This document shows positions 1 through 14,470 of a stretch of 64,000 nucleotides of DNA, in pieces. The position numbers and the translations under genes are program-made. This DNA comes from Harriotta raleighana (Eukaryota). The notes under the pieces are model-generated. The model was not told the DNA's origin. It searched no databases and worked only from the letters and a program-made list of their open reading frames with translations. Location: assembly GCA_050575255.1 (NCBI GenBank), contig JBNZDD010013718.1:8238579-8302578 (forward strand), in the 5' to 3' direction. The stretch's first letter is position 1, and every line of letters starts with the position of its first letter.

Positions 1-3000
1 TTCAATCCTACTCCCACACACCTAATTTAACAATGTCACAGTTTGGGTAAATGTAATACATGTTTCAATCCGAACTGTTGTGTTTTCCGTAATTCCAAAC
101 AGATTTGCTTTCTAAACCCTGTTCTGTTTTGCTGCCATATGGTATTTAGAAGATAGTGTGCAAGTTCTTAAAAGCTTCTGGTAGCTCTATGTTCTATTTG
201 GTGCAAGTCGTGGCATAAAATGTAATAATGCTGAAGGCGGATCATACTTTTGTTATGCTCAGTTTGCTATATCCTGAGTACTTTACAAGGTAATGATAGT
301 GGATGCATTCTGTAAGTACTTCAACTTAAAATCTCATGAAAAATGCATGCATAGCCTCCAGAAAAGCAGCTAATCTGTCTTGTTGTGTATGCTGGACACA
401 GTTCCCAGTATGATTAAAGTCTAATTAACTCTAGGGGTTTTTCATTCTGTTTAAATTTTCCTCTAATGAACCCCAGCTTATTCCCAGAAAGTACCTTTCA
501 CAGTAGTTTGCTGCAGCTGTTGAGAATAGTTACCTATTAGGTTTGTCCAGCACCGAACCAATAGTAAATTCGATTTTTTAATGTGTATTTTTGGAGCAAA
601 TGTATTTTCAGGGCAGGGATTCTCTATACTCGGGTACAACATGATCTGAGTAGGATTTAGTTAATTCTCTTGGAATTTTTGTGTAATATAATCGCTACTG
701 ATAGTCCAGTAAATTGGGTGAAGCATGAGCTGTACAAAACAGGCGTTATTGTGGGAAAGCAATTTTTCACCTCCATTTTAGCCCTTCTATCTCAATACTT
801 CTATCTCTCATGCTCTCACTTGGCCTTTTTTTTCTCACTGATGCCCCTTTCTTACTTCCCTGTCTCTCCATTTCTCACATCTCAATTTCTTTTGAGACTT
901 TTAAGAACTTTTAAGAACAATTAAAAAAAAAAAAAAAATTCCATTTAGGGCTGGCTCAAACGCACCATTGTCACCTGTAGAGGCACCTGACATGCTCTTT
1001 CCAGGACTTTGCCATTCTTTCCCTTGAGCTGCCCACTTCATCTGCTTTCCTAAAACGCATTTATTTCAAAAAATCGGTGAAGCCTCCCAGATCCAACTAC
1101 TGTAGAAGAAACCACCATAGGGAGGGAATTTTACTATTTGCAAATGTGTCAACTAATCAATATTATGCCAATTGAACTGCTTCATCCTTTTATAATTGCA
1201 GTGACACCCATTACAGTGTAATACAGTATTTGAATAGGACTCTTTATATGAATCGAACTATCTTATAACTAAAATATTAAGTTTCTGGCTTTGAGAAAAA
1301 TGGAGCTCTTTAAAAAGCATTGAAAACCATTCCACCCTAACAGGTAGCTCTCTCCACTCCCGCGGGATGAGTACTGATGTACTTACAATAATACCTTCTG
1401 GCACCTTTCATGCAGGTTGAACATTTCCAAGTGCTCCATAACATGGAGGAAACACAGGAGTCTATTGACCAAAGGACAGTTGAAGCAAGAGGTTTTTAAA
1501 GGGAATTTTGAAGGCAGGGAGAGAAGATAAAAGAGTTCCAAAGCACAGGAGGAAATAGTGGTTGAAAGTTTGGGAACTTTGTCCCTCCAGTGTGCTTTGT
1601 TAAAATATATATCTAACAATTATTTTAAACCAATAAAATCCAATAAACCTGATCATTTCAATTAAGTTAAGGCAATCGCCATGGGGGTCTATTCTCTTAT
1701 TTTAGTAGATTCAATCATACAGGAAAATGCTTCCACTCACAAAAATAGTCAATTAGTAGATAATAGTTTGTTCCAAAACACAACTCCACATTACAGATCC
1801 CAAAGGCTTTTGTTAAAATGTGTTCAGAATTGATTTTGAAAAAGCCTACAATACTCATAGAATTTTAGTGACCTTTGCCAAAAAGGACTTTGTTAATATA
1901 ATGAGAGAGTAATCTAAACAGTTTTTATATTACTACATAAAAATCTTAACAGTTTCTATGTTACTATGTGGATAGGGGTAAATCATTGTTCTATAATTGA
2001 TATCACTCATCTGCCAATGAATCTAAGGTCACATCTAATGGGTGGGTTTCTAACTGTTTTAATCTGATGGCTAAACTCACTATTGCTATATTCCTATGAG
2101 TTGCCATTCAAGGGTTAAGGGAATTGTTTCTTAGATCACACGGCTCTGTTTGAAAATTCTTGTCTGATGGGCTTATTTCCTCAGGTGGCCAAATGCCATG
2201 AATGCCTTTGAGGCAGTTTTGAATGTCAGAAAGTCCTTACTTACTCTCTGCTTATTCAATATGATCAAATACTGACAAGGCTTTCCGGAAAGCTTCCCAG
2301 TGAAATTCTGCAAAGTAAAACAGAGAGTTGGTGGTGGTGTGGGGTGGAACTTTCTTCTTTGTACACTCTTCCCTTTGTATCTCTGACTGTCCGTTCAGTG
2401 TTTGCCCATATTGTGTTATAAATGTCCTACAGCTGCCAAGACATCCAGCCGTTGCTGCAGGAAATGATGGTTCCTTTCCATTATCATGGAAAGTGCACCA
2501 ATATTAACTGACATGGGATTTCTGGACTAAGCCATCTTATTAATGCAGTGTAAAAGTGTGACTCGTTTGATTTCAGAGACATTTGTCATTTTATTTGATA
2601 AAGATGCTGGGGATGTCACTGTTCTTCTACATTTTCCAGTACTTGTACTTAAATTACAAGTTAACAGCCTTGAGGACTGCCATTTATTCCTCATTTTACA
2701 CTTAAGATTGTGAAGATTTAGAAGCTGGTTCTTAAATATAACTTTTATAAAAAGCTTTGCTACACTGAATAAGAATTTTCTATCATTCTATGTAATCAGG
2801 AAAACATACATTTAATCTTATTCATATGGAATACATAGACACTATTTCTCCATTAAAACACCCATTTTCCCTCAGATGCATGGAGGCAAAATGGACAGTG
2901 GAGGATTTTTGTTGAAATAATCAGATTCAACTTTTAAGTGTTTCATCTTGGAAAAATGCCTGGGTCCTGATATACCTGAAAATAATTGCCTTTGACACTG

Positions 3001-4029
3001 CTATTTTGTTCTCGGGTTTAAAAAAAATCCAATCTGTGTTTGCGCTGAAGGCCCATGACCCAGCAATGATTCCCACAGATCTAAGCGCCACTTGTTATGT
3101 TATCACACCGTGCCTGGCTCTTCCTGTGGAAGGAAACTGGCTGTAGTGAGCAGGGAGATAACTGTGGAGGACAATGCAAAACTGTGGAGAGCCCTCTGAA
3201 GAAGAGACATCAGACATTCTCAGTTTCACAAGGTGGGGGGCAAGGTGGTGCCCCCAGTAAATTACAGAACTTAAATCTAAACCTATTTTAGATCTTTCTA
3301 AATGCTGCAGTAGAAGTATCTTTAAACTATTAAAAATACATATCAGGTTGATTATCTACAAGGAAATACATTTACTGACCTGGTGGTGTAATCGTCTTCA
3401 GTGTCTATCAAGTATTGTAGTCTTAACATTCAATACTTCTTAATGAAACATCCTTTAGAGTTCCCATTAAAACCCTGCTTCCGAAGTGGAGAGAGTTCCC
3501 AGGAATCGGTATGATTTATGTGGTCACTGGAAGGAGTCGTATTTATAGGATTATTTATCAAGGACTCCTGTTAAGATATGAAAAATTTGATAAGCAGACT
3601 CAGAAAAATTTTTTACCCAATGGAATTACAACAAAATTTGCTGAAGGCATTGAAATTGACCACAGTGTAAAAGGCAGTAACAAGCCACAACCTTTAAAAG
3701 CATGTTGTGATTGTCAGCATGGGGACAATGTGCCCAGCCACTTATCCTAGGAATAAATATTGATCTGTAAAATACAAAGTGGAGCAATGTTGCAGCAAAA
3801 CACCAGCAAGTGAGTTCAAGACTAATTCAATCTCTCAGATTCCGATATTGTTTGTGTCTCAGTTTGGCTGTTAGCACTCTTCCTTCTGGGTGAGTAGGCT
3901 GTCAGTTTATGTTGCAGATTGCAACATCAGCTCAGTGTAGGCTGGCACTCACTCCAGTGCAGTATTCTGGGGGGGTGTTTTTGGAGGTAAGAGAAAAAAA
4001 AAACCTAATTCATTTTCTAAACAAGGGTA

Positions 4030-4800
4030 TTTTTTCAAGGTGCCCCTGATTGTCACTTCATAATTATCATTCATAAAGTTGGCAGTAAAATCAATCTCAA
4101 CATTCAAGCAGAGCAAGACTATCAGATGTACTATAATCTGAGCGCAGGAGGTCACTGCTGTGCAGTAACATTGTTCTGCACATGATGCCAACTTTTTTAA
4201 AAAATGGAAATAAAACAAAGTCAGCTTCAGAGACACTGTTTTTATAACCTCCCATTTCTTTATCAGTCACCCCAGGAAACTGCCTCTGGAGCGCAAACTT
4301 CCCTACTCACAACAATCCCCTCCCTCCCTGTGCTGGTTACACAAAGCATCACAGCTTTAGCTTGGGTGTGTCCTCCAGGAAGCAGAGCCTGGTTTCTAAT
4401 GAATGAGCAGATGCACTAAGAGGTTTATTAATTTAGGAGAAAATAAAGACTTAATGGAATACAGAAGATTGCAATAACCTTAGGGATTTAGCTGTGATGT
4501 GCAATTTAAGAGACTGCAGTGCCACACAAAGCTTTCTCCTGCTGAGTTTAAACTGCTGGAAATGAAGCGACTTCGCCCCCATCAATGGAGCAGACAAGTT
4601 GATTAATACTCATTGCATTGAGCTGTGTTTTTTTTAAAAAAAACTAACACCCTTTGTCGTACGCTCAGCAGTAAAATCTAGTGGGGTTTTTTTATGCCTA
4701 AAAAATTAACGTCTCAATGTTTTAATAGTGGGTGAGAGCCGAAAGTGCTTATATGCGAGAGCAATGATTGAAGTCTGCTCTGCACTATTTATGTTTGACT
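4030..4800. promoter_or_regulatory. Candidate conserved non-coding element(s) in the last SHF intron
   Basis: Repeat-free, non-coding, rich in TAAT/ATTA and TAAAATCA-type homeodomain motifs; composition typical of vertebrate CNEs. No alignment available. Confidence 0.3.
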
Positions 4801-4872
4801 TGAAATGCATAGCATGTTCACAGCATTTATCCCTCATCAGCCTTTAACTGTATTTTAATTCTTTGTCCACAG

Positions 4873-5059
4873 GAGTAACCAAGGATTCATGCACATGAAG
4901 CTCTCAAGAACCAAAGAGAATAAATACATTCTGGGTCAAAACAGTCCACCGTTCAACAGTATCCCTGAGATAATCCAATACTACGGTAGCCGAAAACTAC
5001 CCATCAAAGGGGCTGAGCACATGTCCCTCCTGTTCCCAGTGGCAATCAGAACTCTATAG
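4873..5059 (+). CDS. SHF: Terminal coding exon of SH2 domain-containing adapter protein F (SHB/SHD/SHE/SHF family), C-terminal half of the SH2 domain
   Basis: Acceptor ttctttgtccacag|G, then SNQGFMHMKLSRTKENKYILGQNSPPFNSIPEIIQYYGSRKLPIKGAEHMSLLFPVAIRTL*(TAG 5057-5059). Matches recalled human SHF C-terminus (SRTKEHKY...HMSLLYPVAIRTL) better than SHB (AKTKEKY...HLSLLYPVAVRTL). The upstream exon was not found in 1-4872, so that stretch is intron. Confidence 0.9.
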
Positions 5060-6208
5060 CAGATCAGCGAGCCTGACCAAGACTAGAGATCTCACTTGTG
5101 TGTATGTAGAAACACTCACATGGCTTACAGACACAAAACGAGATAGGATTTCCAGAGTTGTCAGCTGAAACCCCAACCTCTCAGCGTCCTAACCCAGGGC
5201 GTCCTCCTGTACCTTAGACACTTTACTGCTGTTTCACAGCTAATTGAAGATGGCCTCTTATTTTGCTGACTGACAGCATGCAGCCAACAACAAAGTTGTT
5301 GAGACTTCAGGTGTCAGAGGGGCATTTATTCTTTTTTATTACAGTGTGTGCAGGGAGGGGGTGCAGGCCAGTCTGTATAAAATTGATGTTTATGTGTGTG
5401 TGTGTGTGGATCCATTTACATTTAAGGCTTCAGCAGTTTTATACCTCTGGCTCCAGATTTCATTGCTGGTATTGAAATAAGAGGCGAACTTTCAAGGTGT
5501 GAAGGAGTTGTGGTACAAGTGGCACTCAGAAGCACCTTATAACAAATGCCAGCAAATACAGAGCTAGCAAAATATTTCACAGCCACATCTTTGCAAAGAA
5601 CAAAGTGGACATTAACCCATTTCCTGTACAAGTATTTAAAACTCAAGTTTCAGCATTCCTTTTCTACGCTTGAGCTCTGGATAATTATTTATAATGGAAA
5701 CACAATTTGTTTGAATACAACTGAAGACATTGGATGCCATTGCTATATAACAGTTGAGCCAATGGCAGGACATATTGGTTGAAAATAATTGCCACACAAA
5801 CCACTTCCAAATCCTTCTGCAAACAAACAGCAGCAACCATGGACTGAACAGCACTCGGTCAGGCCCTAGAGCTACGGAAAAAAGACAGTCGCCACTTGAT
5901 GTGCATTTTGAGCATTTAAACCTCAAATTTAAACCTGAACTCAAATGAGAGCATCTAATGGAACAAGGGTAACAGAAGTCATAAGAAGCACGAGCAGGCC
6001 ATTTGGCGCCTCGGGCCTACACCGTAGTGGGACATTTATTGGGTCAGCTATTGTCAACGGGCAAGAGGCCGAACAGCTACAAGGAGAGAGAAGATGACTA
6101 GACAAGTACAGAAATGCACTAAATGTTCTAAGCTAGTGGATTCTGTGTCTTTGCTTACCTGGAGACATTTAAGGATCTTTGTTACAACCCGTTATTATTC
6201 AGCTGTTG

Positions 6209-6214
6209 AATAAA
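6209..6214 (+). promoter_or_regulatory. Candidate poly(A) signal for SHF
   Basis: AATAAA ~1.15 kb after the stop, followed by GT-rich sequence; an alternative AATAAA lies at 6526-6531. Confidence 0.35.
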
Positions 6215-9200
6215 TGTGTGCAGAGTGTAACGAGTGGTGTTTCTGAAGGCAGCAATCCTCCATAAGATGTTGGCCACGATCACAGGCTCCCATCAAATGT
6301 TCAGTGTGAAGATTCGTCAACTTCTTGTCTTAAACAGAAAATAGTCAGAAAGAAGCTTTGAGAATTCATGCTAACACTAACCAAGGCACATCACTAACAT
6401 CTGCTATACCAAGTGGCCCCAGCAACAAAGTGGCGAACAGTGTCTTAGGTCATCTGGTACATATTTATTAAAAATAGTAACTGAGCGGTCAAGAGTGTGA
6501 TTTCCAATATGATGTAAACTATCAGAATAAAAATTCTGAATGCTCGTTTAATAAGTTGTCTTTCTTACTGGATGTGAATAGCTAAAGAGGCTACGGTACC
6601 AGATTCGATGGCTGAGCGACACCCATCATAAGTAATAGAGCATAAAGTTCATCACTTAGGGTCAAAGGTGGATGAATCCTGCTTCTCTTAAAATATTTTA
6701 AAGATATTACAGCCCCCTTGAAAAGAGACATCTCAAAGGGGTTCTTAGAGAAGAACTAAAATGCATTCAAAACTGAGACAAAGCAATATTTTCAAGACCT
6801 GTGTGGTCTTACCCTGGAGGAGGGAGGGCATGGATTCAGGATTGTGAATTGAATATTTGACTAAAAACCCCTGGCTTCCATTGCCTGATTATCAGCCACT
6901 AATCCAGCATAGGCAGTGACTGGAACCACACTTTCTGCTCTGTACGGCTTTGATATCTACAGTACTTTTACTTTGATCTAACTTTTAGATGACTCAAAAT
7001 CATGCCTTCTCTAAGAATCTGAAAAACAATGAGAATTTATTATACCATACTAGGGGGAGTAGAGTAAAATCCAGTATTGTTCCTTCAAATACCTTGATTT
7101 TGCACAAAAATAATAACAAATTATATTTATATAGCATGGATCACATGGATATACTAAGATTTTTGACAGTTGAGAATTGGATTCAGGAGGGGTGAGGCCA
7201 AAAGGGGTGGGAAGATGAATAAAGGTGCAGTCAAAGAGGAAGTTCTTGAAACACGCACAGGGTGGGTGAGTAAGTTTCTAAATTTAAAAAAAATCTCTAT
7301 CCTCTTTGAGCACGGAAGACAAAAGGAAGATCTGGTTCAGTGTGATAGCAACAAAAGACTTGAGGGGCTACAAATAATTGAGCTTGGATTGATCACCTTA
7401 TCCTTCAGGTGATGTTTATGTCTACCCTGGGACAGTACATTACTGACTTTTTCAGTGTACTACCAAGTCTTAATTAAAATATTAAGTCAACATGCACATG
7501 TTTTATACAAGTGAAAAATGTCTTTTTTGTAGGAACAGATGGATACAGAAAAGAGATTACAACACGAGGAGTGCCCCCTACTGCACCAGGATGGCAGTTA
7601 CTATTTCCCACACCAGTTATCCTGTGGCCTCGTTGAGATGATTTTAGTGTCAAGTTAAGGGCAGTTTCCACTGTGGGCCCCAATACAAAACTCGCTGATC
7701 AAATTCACTTCACATTGCCAACAGACTCAAGAGATTTAACCCTTTATTCTGGCTAGATTTAACCCTTTATTCAGCACCTTGGGATGTCCTCCTGACTTGA
7801 AAGGAGCTCTATAAATGTAATTTTGTTTGTTGTTGATTCAATCTTAAATTCCAGAGGTGAAAGGCCAATGTTCCTAATCGACTACATCAGCCATCTCCCT
7901 GAAAAGATAAATCCACGCAGGCTCACCTTCCCAACACAAATTTCATTTTGAAAGTAGAGTTCAATAAAATGATACTTGTTCAAGACATCACTGTCAAATG
8001 TTTATTTCTTCAAGCAAGCACAAGACAATTCATTCCCAATTTATAGCCTGTGGGCTATATCTTAATTGGTTAATAATCTCTGCTATATTGCTTGGGCTCC
8101 TTCACTGACTGAACATGAATGTCCACTGAAGGTGTTGAATGGGCAGGGGGCCAAACTACAGCCTTACACACGGCAGCACCTCAACCAATCATGTTTAATA
8201 TTTGGTGCCAGGAGTATAATAAGATGCATATTTCAGAGGTGATTCTCACAAAAGGGCCAATTCTCAGAAACAAGGCTCCTAAAATTTAATTAGCTTTTTG
8301 AAAAAAAATTAGAGGTGAGATAAATCAAGTAGTGATTAGGTAACCACAAAACTGTGGACCAGGAAGAAATGCAGACTGAGTGGGACGATGGTGTGTGTGG
8401 GAGAAATAAATTGCAAGTTGGGAAGAACAAGACAGAAAGACCAGAGGAGCAGTATTTTTATTATTATTATACATGATCGTATTGCTAAAGACAAGAAAGC
8501 TTGCAATTGAGAGACGGAAGCCATAAGTGAGAGACACATGTACCACCCAGCTTTCTCTGGGTCCACATATGTAAGATTTACATTTAGTTCTAGCTTGCAT
8601 TTCAGCTGAGAATAAACACCATACTTCAAGAATTGAGAATTTGCTTTCCAATTGAGGTTATATTCAGTTTTTTTTAAATATTGTATAACTGCCAGTGCAA
8701 AGTAAAAACAAGATTTTGTCACTGGTGGTCTCATCCAAGGGGCCATTTTGTGAGTGTGAGTCCAGACTGAGTGAAGGGGTGGGAAGTTGGTGGTGGGAGG
8801 GGGGAGGGGGCGGAGAGGTTGAAAGGGACAAGATTGTCCCAATCCTATTCTCACCCAATGTCCACATGAACCTTCTAGCAGAGGAGTGGGTCTCTACAAC
8901 AAGACGGAACTCTTGAGTTTTGTTCTTCCTAACCCAGGGCGATTGAAGCCAATTATATCCCTGGCTGATGCCTCGGCTATTGGTTAACTCAGCTGAGCCT
9001 GAGGAGTCAACCTAATACAATGTACAGTATTCGGCTATGCAATAATCTTATTTTTTTTCACAGAAAAACTCACAGATGTTAGAAGTTCAGCAATTCCACT
9101 GCAAGCCAGGTCAAGTATAATTTTGGGAGCTCAAAGGAAAGCCACATCCAGTGATCTCACTAAAATTCACTAAGTGTTCCAAGTGTTCTTGATGCAAGAC

Positions 9201-12200
9201 TCTGGGCTAGTTAAGATTTGCGAGCACAGCTGTTCGTTGTGGAGCTGGCTTCAATGTTGAAGGCTAAAAAACACATGATCAGCATGTTCTGTCCCTTTAT
9301 TTGATTTACTGAACTCTGAATCAGATTGTTGCTATAGAGTTTTCAGTTTCAATCCATAATTAGATTTCAACCAGAACCGGTTGTTTTCACTGGGGATGGG
9401 GGGAGAAAATGGAGTTGAAAATAGGAAAAACTTGCTCTTTGATAATGTCTTATATGAATATGACTGAAAGTGCTAATTACTGATAAGTGTATGGAGTTTT
9501 TTTTTAAAAAAAGGGCAAATACCTTAAGAAAACAGAGTGGCACAAATGGGGACTTCTTCCTGTTCCCAATTACAGGAACCACGAGATCTGTTTTTGTGTG
9601 GTCACTTAGATTGGCTGAACAGCATTCCTCATTTGGAAAATCCTATTAGAAATCACTACGTAGAATTGTGTCCTGAAACGCTTTGGTCTAAAACATCTCA
9701 AGAAATTGTATTCCACACAGATGTTGGACATGCTTCTTCTTGTTGGATTACTATACAAAAGTATTAAAAAGCTTTTGGGATCACTATGAGCCAAGTTGAA
9801 AATGCGAATGGGCCATGGAACCCACCAATGTTTAGCCCCTGCTGCCACTCAAATTGTCTCATAAAGCAGAAGATTCTTTCTGAATGTCAGAGAATTTCAC
9901 GCTGAACTGCTTCCTATGTAAAAGCTTGCATGATGCAGACTTCTGTATCTCAGATTAAATATCTCATCCAAAGTGTGATACCATCGACTCCCTCGGTCCT
10001 GAAGCATCGGCTAGGAAGAGAAGCTGTTCCGTGTTTCTCTGGCATGTAAAACCATGCTACGTATGCTTTCATCCCTCCAGAAGAAATACAAGGGATATGT
10101 TTACTTCACATGGCTATGTAGTACATCTTGCTGAAAGAATTCTACCATTGTCCTTGGGCTGCAGTTCACTGGGCAGTGCTCTTTATAGGAGTATTATAGG
10201 AGGTCAACGTAGGAATTGGATATTACATTCCAACGTCACATAGCTAAAGCTATCGTCGGTGGCTGCCAGTATTATTTTGCCTCATCAGAAATTAATAGGG
10301 CCTTCGAGTTCAATAAACTCCACCCCAACTCTCAAGCATCACTGTTAATTACTCTCACTTTTACAAGGGTGCACGTTTGTGTGCTCCCTCGGCTGAGGCG
10401 ACACACAGCAACACTGACTCTTATTTCTCAGATTTCTGCTCTGGCCCCAGTAATCCTCGCACGTACAGAGCTCAGTACTTGCAATAACAGTTATTTCCCC
10501 AAGGCATTGCAGTAATAAACTTAGTCTTACAAAAAAAACAAGTTCTGTTATTGACTGCTTCAGTGACCCCAACACCATCAACACAAGGACAGGGGGGCAG
10601 CCATTTTGAATGATTTATTGGTGTGGGTTAGCCCTTTTGTTATTTAGCAACAGCACCAAGTGGTGCCAAGGTCACTGAGTAGTTAATGGTAGAAGTAGGA
10701 TGAAGCTTATTCTGTTCTGCTTTATTAAATAAAGAGCCGCAATCTAATCTAAGAATGTATTCCTATTGCACCAACATAAAACTTCCTTTACCCACTCCAA
10801 ATTTACACCAAAAGCAAATCAGTGCAGTGTAATCTCTTAAACCTGTACTCAGTCATTGGCAAATATTTTATTACATTTATCCATCAACAATAAGCAGTTC
10901 ATTTTAGATTACCACAAAATAATAATAATCCTTGCATTTCATATACTGTTGTACCTTATGTCTTCACATCTCATAATGCTTCACAGGACATACTTTATTT
11001 TAAGAATGTATAAAATTAAGGTAAGAATCATTTTATACATTTTTAAAATATGCAATAAATTTGCATATATAGTCAATTCTCTTTACAGTATATTCTGTGA
11101 AGTGCTCTGAGACATCTACAAGATGTGAAAAGCACTATGTCAAATGCAATATTATTACAGCACCCGTCAAGTGGGGTGGGAGGGACTTCAAAAGTGCTTC
11201 ACTTACTATGTGACATCCTGCCGACATGAAAGGTGCTCTTTAAGTATAATTTTGTTGTTGCTGTTGTTAAAGTGGCTATAGGTCTAATTTATCTGGTTTG
11301 ACTCTATTGGACCCCCTTTCTTAGGATGTTGTTGTCAAGTATAGTGACTGTTAATTTATAGGCAATTAGAGAAGTAAATAGATGTGTGCAAGTAATGTCC
11401 CACAAACATCTTATTTGTATGGAGGAATGTTGGATAGCACGAATAGTGTTGGATAGTGTTGTATGAAACTTCTCTTATTTGGATAAATAAAATCCAAATA
11501 TTTATTGGATCTTTAACTCCGCCATAACAGGCAAATGGGACTTTGATTTAATTCTTCATCTATAGAGGGGCACTTCTGACAATGCAGCACTCCCCCACTT
11601 CTGGGCTGGAGTATCAACCCAGACTGGGAACTCAAAAGTTCTGGCTTGGATCTTATTGAACAAATTAGACTGAAAGCAATACAGTATCTCATTGTTCTAA
11701 TCTTGAAACCCTGCATTAAACCACCGAGTCAGTCTTTTTAAAACTGCAGAAAGCATAGTGTCCCCATTGTTTCTACATTAACTCTCCTGCAGCGTTCATC
11801 AGCTTTTAATTTCAAGTCTTGGCTTCATTTCATGAGAAAGGCAAACAAATCAGCTGAAGATGGTTTAATATTTCAGGCAAACTTCATTGGTAAATGCTGA
11901 CTGCCAATCAACATTAAAAAAAATTATGGTTTTGAAAGCTTGCACTCTAAATGCATGTGAAACAAAAACCATTGTGTTGACAGCAAATTACTCTGCTTGA
12001 TATAGAAAGTACAGCTTGAAGACAGTTTAACTATTTAGTGAATCACTTTCTGAATTTGGCTTGAACATGAGAAGGACAACAGGGAATAATGAAATGGTTG
12101 GATATTTTTGCCTTGTAACTTTATTCTGGCCTCGTTGATACATGATTCTGGTTTAAGGAACTAACTGGAGCTAGTTCTTCAGAGGGAAAATTAAGTTTCT

Positions 12201-13519
12201 GGCCAGCAGTTTAATCTGAAATTGATAGATCCAGAACATTTCAACAGGGAATTGAGCACTGATTGGAACCTCCTTTAAGTTTGCTGGCTGATATATGAGG
12301 GAGGTTAGATTTTTTTTTCAAAATGTTACTCTCTCACACACACACACAATATTGGGATGTTGAAAATGTTACCATGACTGCTTATTGCAGCCAAAGTCAA
12401 TTAAGAAATTTAAACAGGAAGTAAATAATAGTTGATAGATGAAGACATAAAAAGCAGGAGAAAAGACCACGGAGATAGGATTAGAGTGGCTGACTCCAGT
12501 AGGGGATATGCACCAGTACAGGAATGACTCAGAGATCAAAGAATCACACTACTTGTTTCCAGGTCAAACGTCTAGAATCCTCCTCTCTGTTCTGATGTTT
12601 CAGGCAAGTGTGAAATATCCTGCTGTACAATTTCAAACACCACAGAATTTCTCCCCATTGCCCTGGTCAATACTGCTCCCTAATCTCTAAACCCTACCCA
12701 ACACCCATTTGATTTGATTGCTGTTTGTAGGATTGTGCTGGAATAAATTAGCTTCAGTGTGTCTACATAAGAATGTTCTCCACATATCAAAGTAATTCAT
12801 TCTGCGAAGTGATTTGAGACGTTACAATGCGGAATCATTAATTTTTACTACTGAACAATCAGTAATTAAGATTAAATCACAGCTGAAAAGGTAATGAAAT
12901 GATACATCCCAGCTCAACAAAGCAAATAAAATTCTCTGTCGCCTGCTGGCAATTCAGGCTTCAAGGGAACCATGACTAGAAATGCATTGACAAAACAGAG
13001 AAAGACAAGGAAAGGTTGTGATCTGAAGGAAGTTGAAGGCCAGATTTGAGAACAGAATCATCTGCAAGTGGACCAGGCTTTTGAATCATTGAAATTACAG
13101 CACATCATTAGGTATGGGCGCCCATCAAAATGGTGTCAGCAGTACCACTAATTCTCGACACCTGATTCCATGCTCCTCTCCTACATCTTTTTGTGTAGTT
13201 TCTCTTTCTGAGTCTTGTCGGACAGTGGGAGAAAGGTTTCCAAATTGTCTTTCCCTTATACTGCACTGATTTGCTTAGCCACAGTCTCTTCGTATGGTAG
13301 TTACTAACTGCAGACTCCCCTCACAGTGACTAAGGGTGATGATGCAACACAGGAAATTACAGCGGTCACCCCATAGGAATGAAAGTATTTCCAAGAAAAC
13401 CTGAAGTGACTGAGGGTATTTTCAATTTCTATAGAAAGCCAAATTTAAATCATATAAAAATTAATTTCCTGAAATGCCAGAGAAACATAAACTAGGTACA
13501 AGTGATGCACCTCTGCAGC

Positions 13520-13810
13520 ACTCAATAACACACCAACTTAAACACAAAAGACAAAATAAGATTTCTCTCAGTTTGGTCAATGCACCCCTCTCATTTTTCA
13601 TCAGTGGTTTGACAAGTGATACATTATTAAATGGATTTAGGGGCGATTTATTTTCTCGCAAATACATCACCCTTGTTTGGCTGACAAAGTGAAAGGGATA
13701 AAAGAGTACTTACATTGCAAACCTGCCGTGTGTTTTCTCTGCCTTTACTCTCTAAATACATAATGATTGACAGAGTAGTGTAACGCTAATATCATATTTC
13801 CTAATCTCCT
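13520..13810. promoter_or_regulatory. Candidate enhancer with PBX-PREP/MEIS decamer
   Basis: Exact TGATTGACAG at 13764-13773 plus further TGACA cores in a repeat-free block. Confidence 0.35.
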
Positions 13811-14059
13811 GTATCACATCCACAACAAAGACAGGCATTTTAATATAGCCATCAGAATTATATCCCTGTAAATTGAGTTTTTTTTAATATTAAAAATCTA
13901 TTCCTTCTGATAGTCTAGTGCACACAAATCTTGACCCATAAAACAGAGCTCTACACTTTTACAGTATATTCTGTGAAGCGCTTTGAGTCATTTCCAACAT
14001 GTGAAAGGCACTATACCACAAGTAGGAATTATTATTATTAAAAGGCCTTGCCTTAAAAC

Positions 14060-14230
14060 AGATGCCTGTTGAAACAGAGTCTGTAGCATTTAAAAGGAAT
14101 TGAACACTTGAAAAATAATATTAAGGATATGGGAAAAGAGAGGAATTGGATTAGAGTAGATAGCTCCAGTGGAGGCACTGGCACCAGCACAGACATGATG
14201 GGCTAAATAGCTTCCTCTGAGGTGTAAACT
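14060..14230 (+). mobile_element. Degraded CR1-like LINE 3' fragment
   Basis: ...gcatttaaaagg...ggatatgggaaaaga...agtagatagctcc...cagcacagacatgatgggctaaatagcttcctctg, a CR1-type 3' end; similar remnants near 12340-12600 and 14570-14780. Confidence 0.55.
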
Positions 14231-14269
14231 TTCTAGGGGTCTATGAATTTTCCACTTCTCCCTCTAAAT

Positions 14270-14470
14270 GTGATAAACACCAGCTGTCTGACAGTGGATT
14301 TAAATACATTACACAGATGGCTCATATGAAATGGCCTGAGCTTTGCTTTAATGAGTTGGGATATCACTTGAACAGATCCATCCGTCAATCAAATCAATCA
14401 ATGGCTTGTTTCACTGACAGGCAATGAATTTCCCCCATGCCATTCAGGGCTGTCTGTCACCAGGACTCGG
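14270..14470. promoter_or_regulatory. Candidate TALE-factor enhancer
   Basis: TGACAG at 14289-14294, 14415-14420 and (minus) 14454-14459; TGATTGAC (minus, 14384-14391) and TGATTGAT (minus, 14393-14400) adjacent. Confidence 0.4.

Noticed and set aside
3511-3750. 79-aa ORF in the SHF intron
   Set aside because: No domain similarity or convincing splice context; expected by chance.
4873-5059. Calling the SH2 exon SHB
   Set aside because: The extra residue in SRTKENK and the HMSLL and AIRTL motifs fit SHF better, although SNQG is SHB-like; a tree would settle it.
9576-9767. Good acceptor (cttcttcctgttcccaattacag) followed by an open frame EPRDLFLCGHLDW...IQKY*
   Set aside because: No recognisable homology or partner exons; an uncharacterised exon cannot be excluded without RNA-seq.
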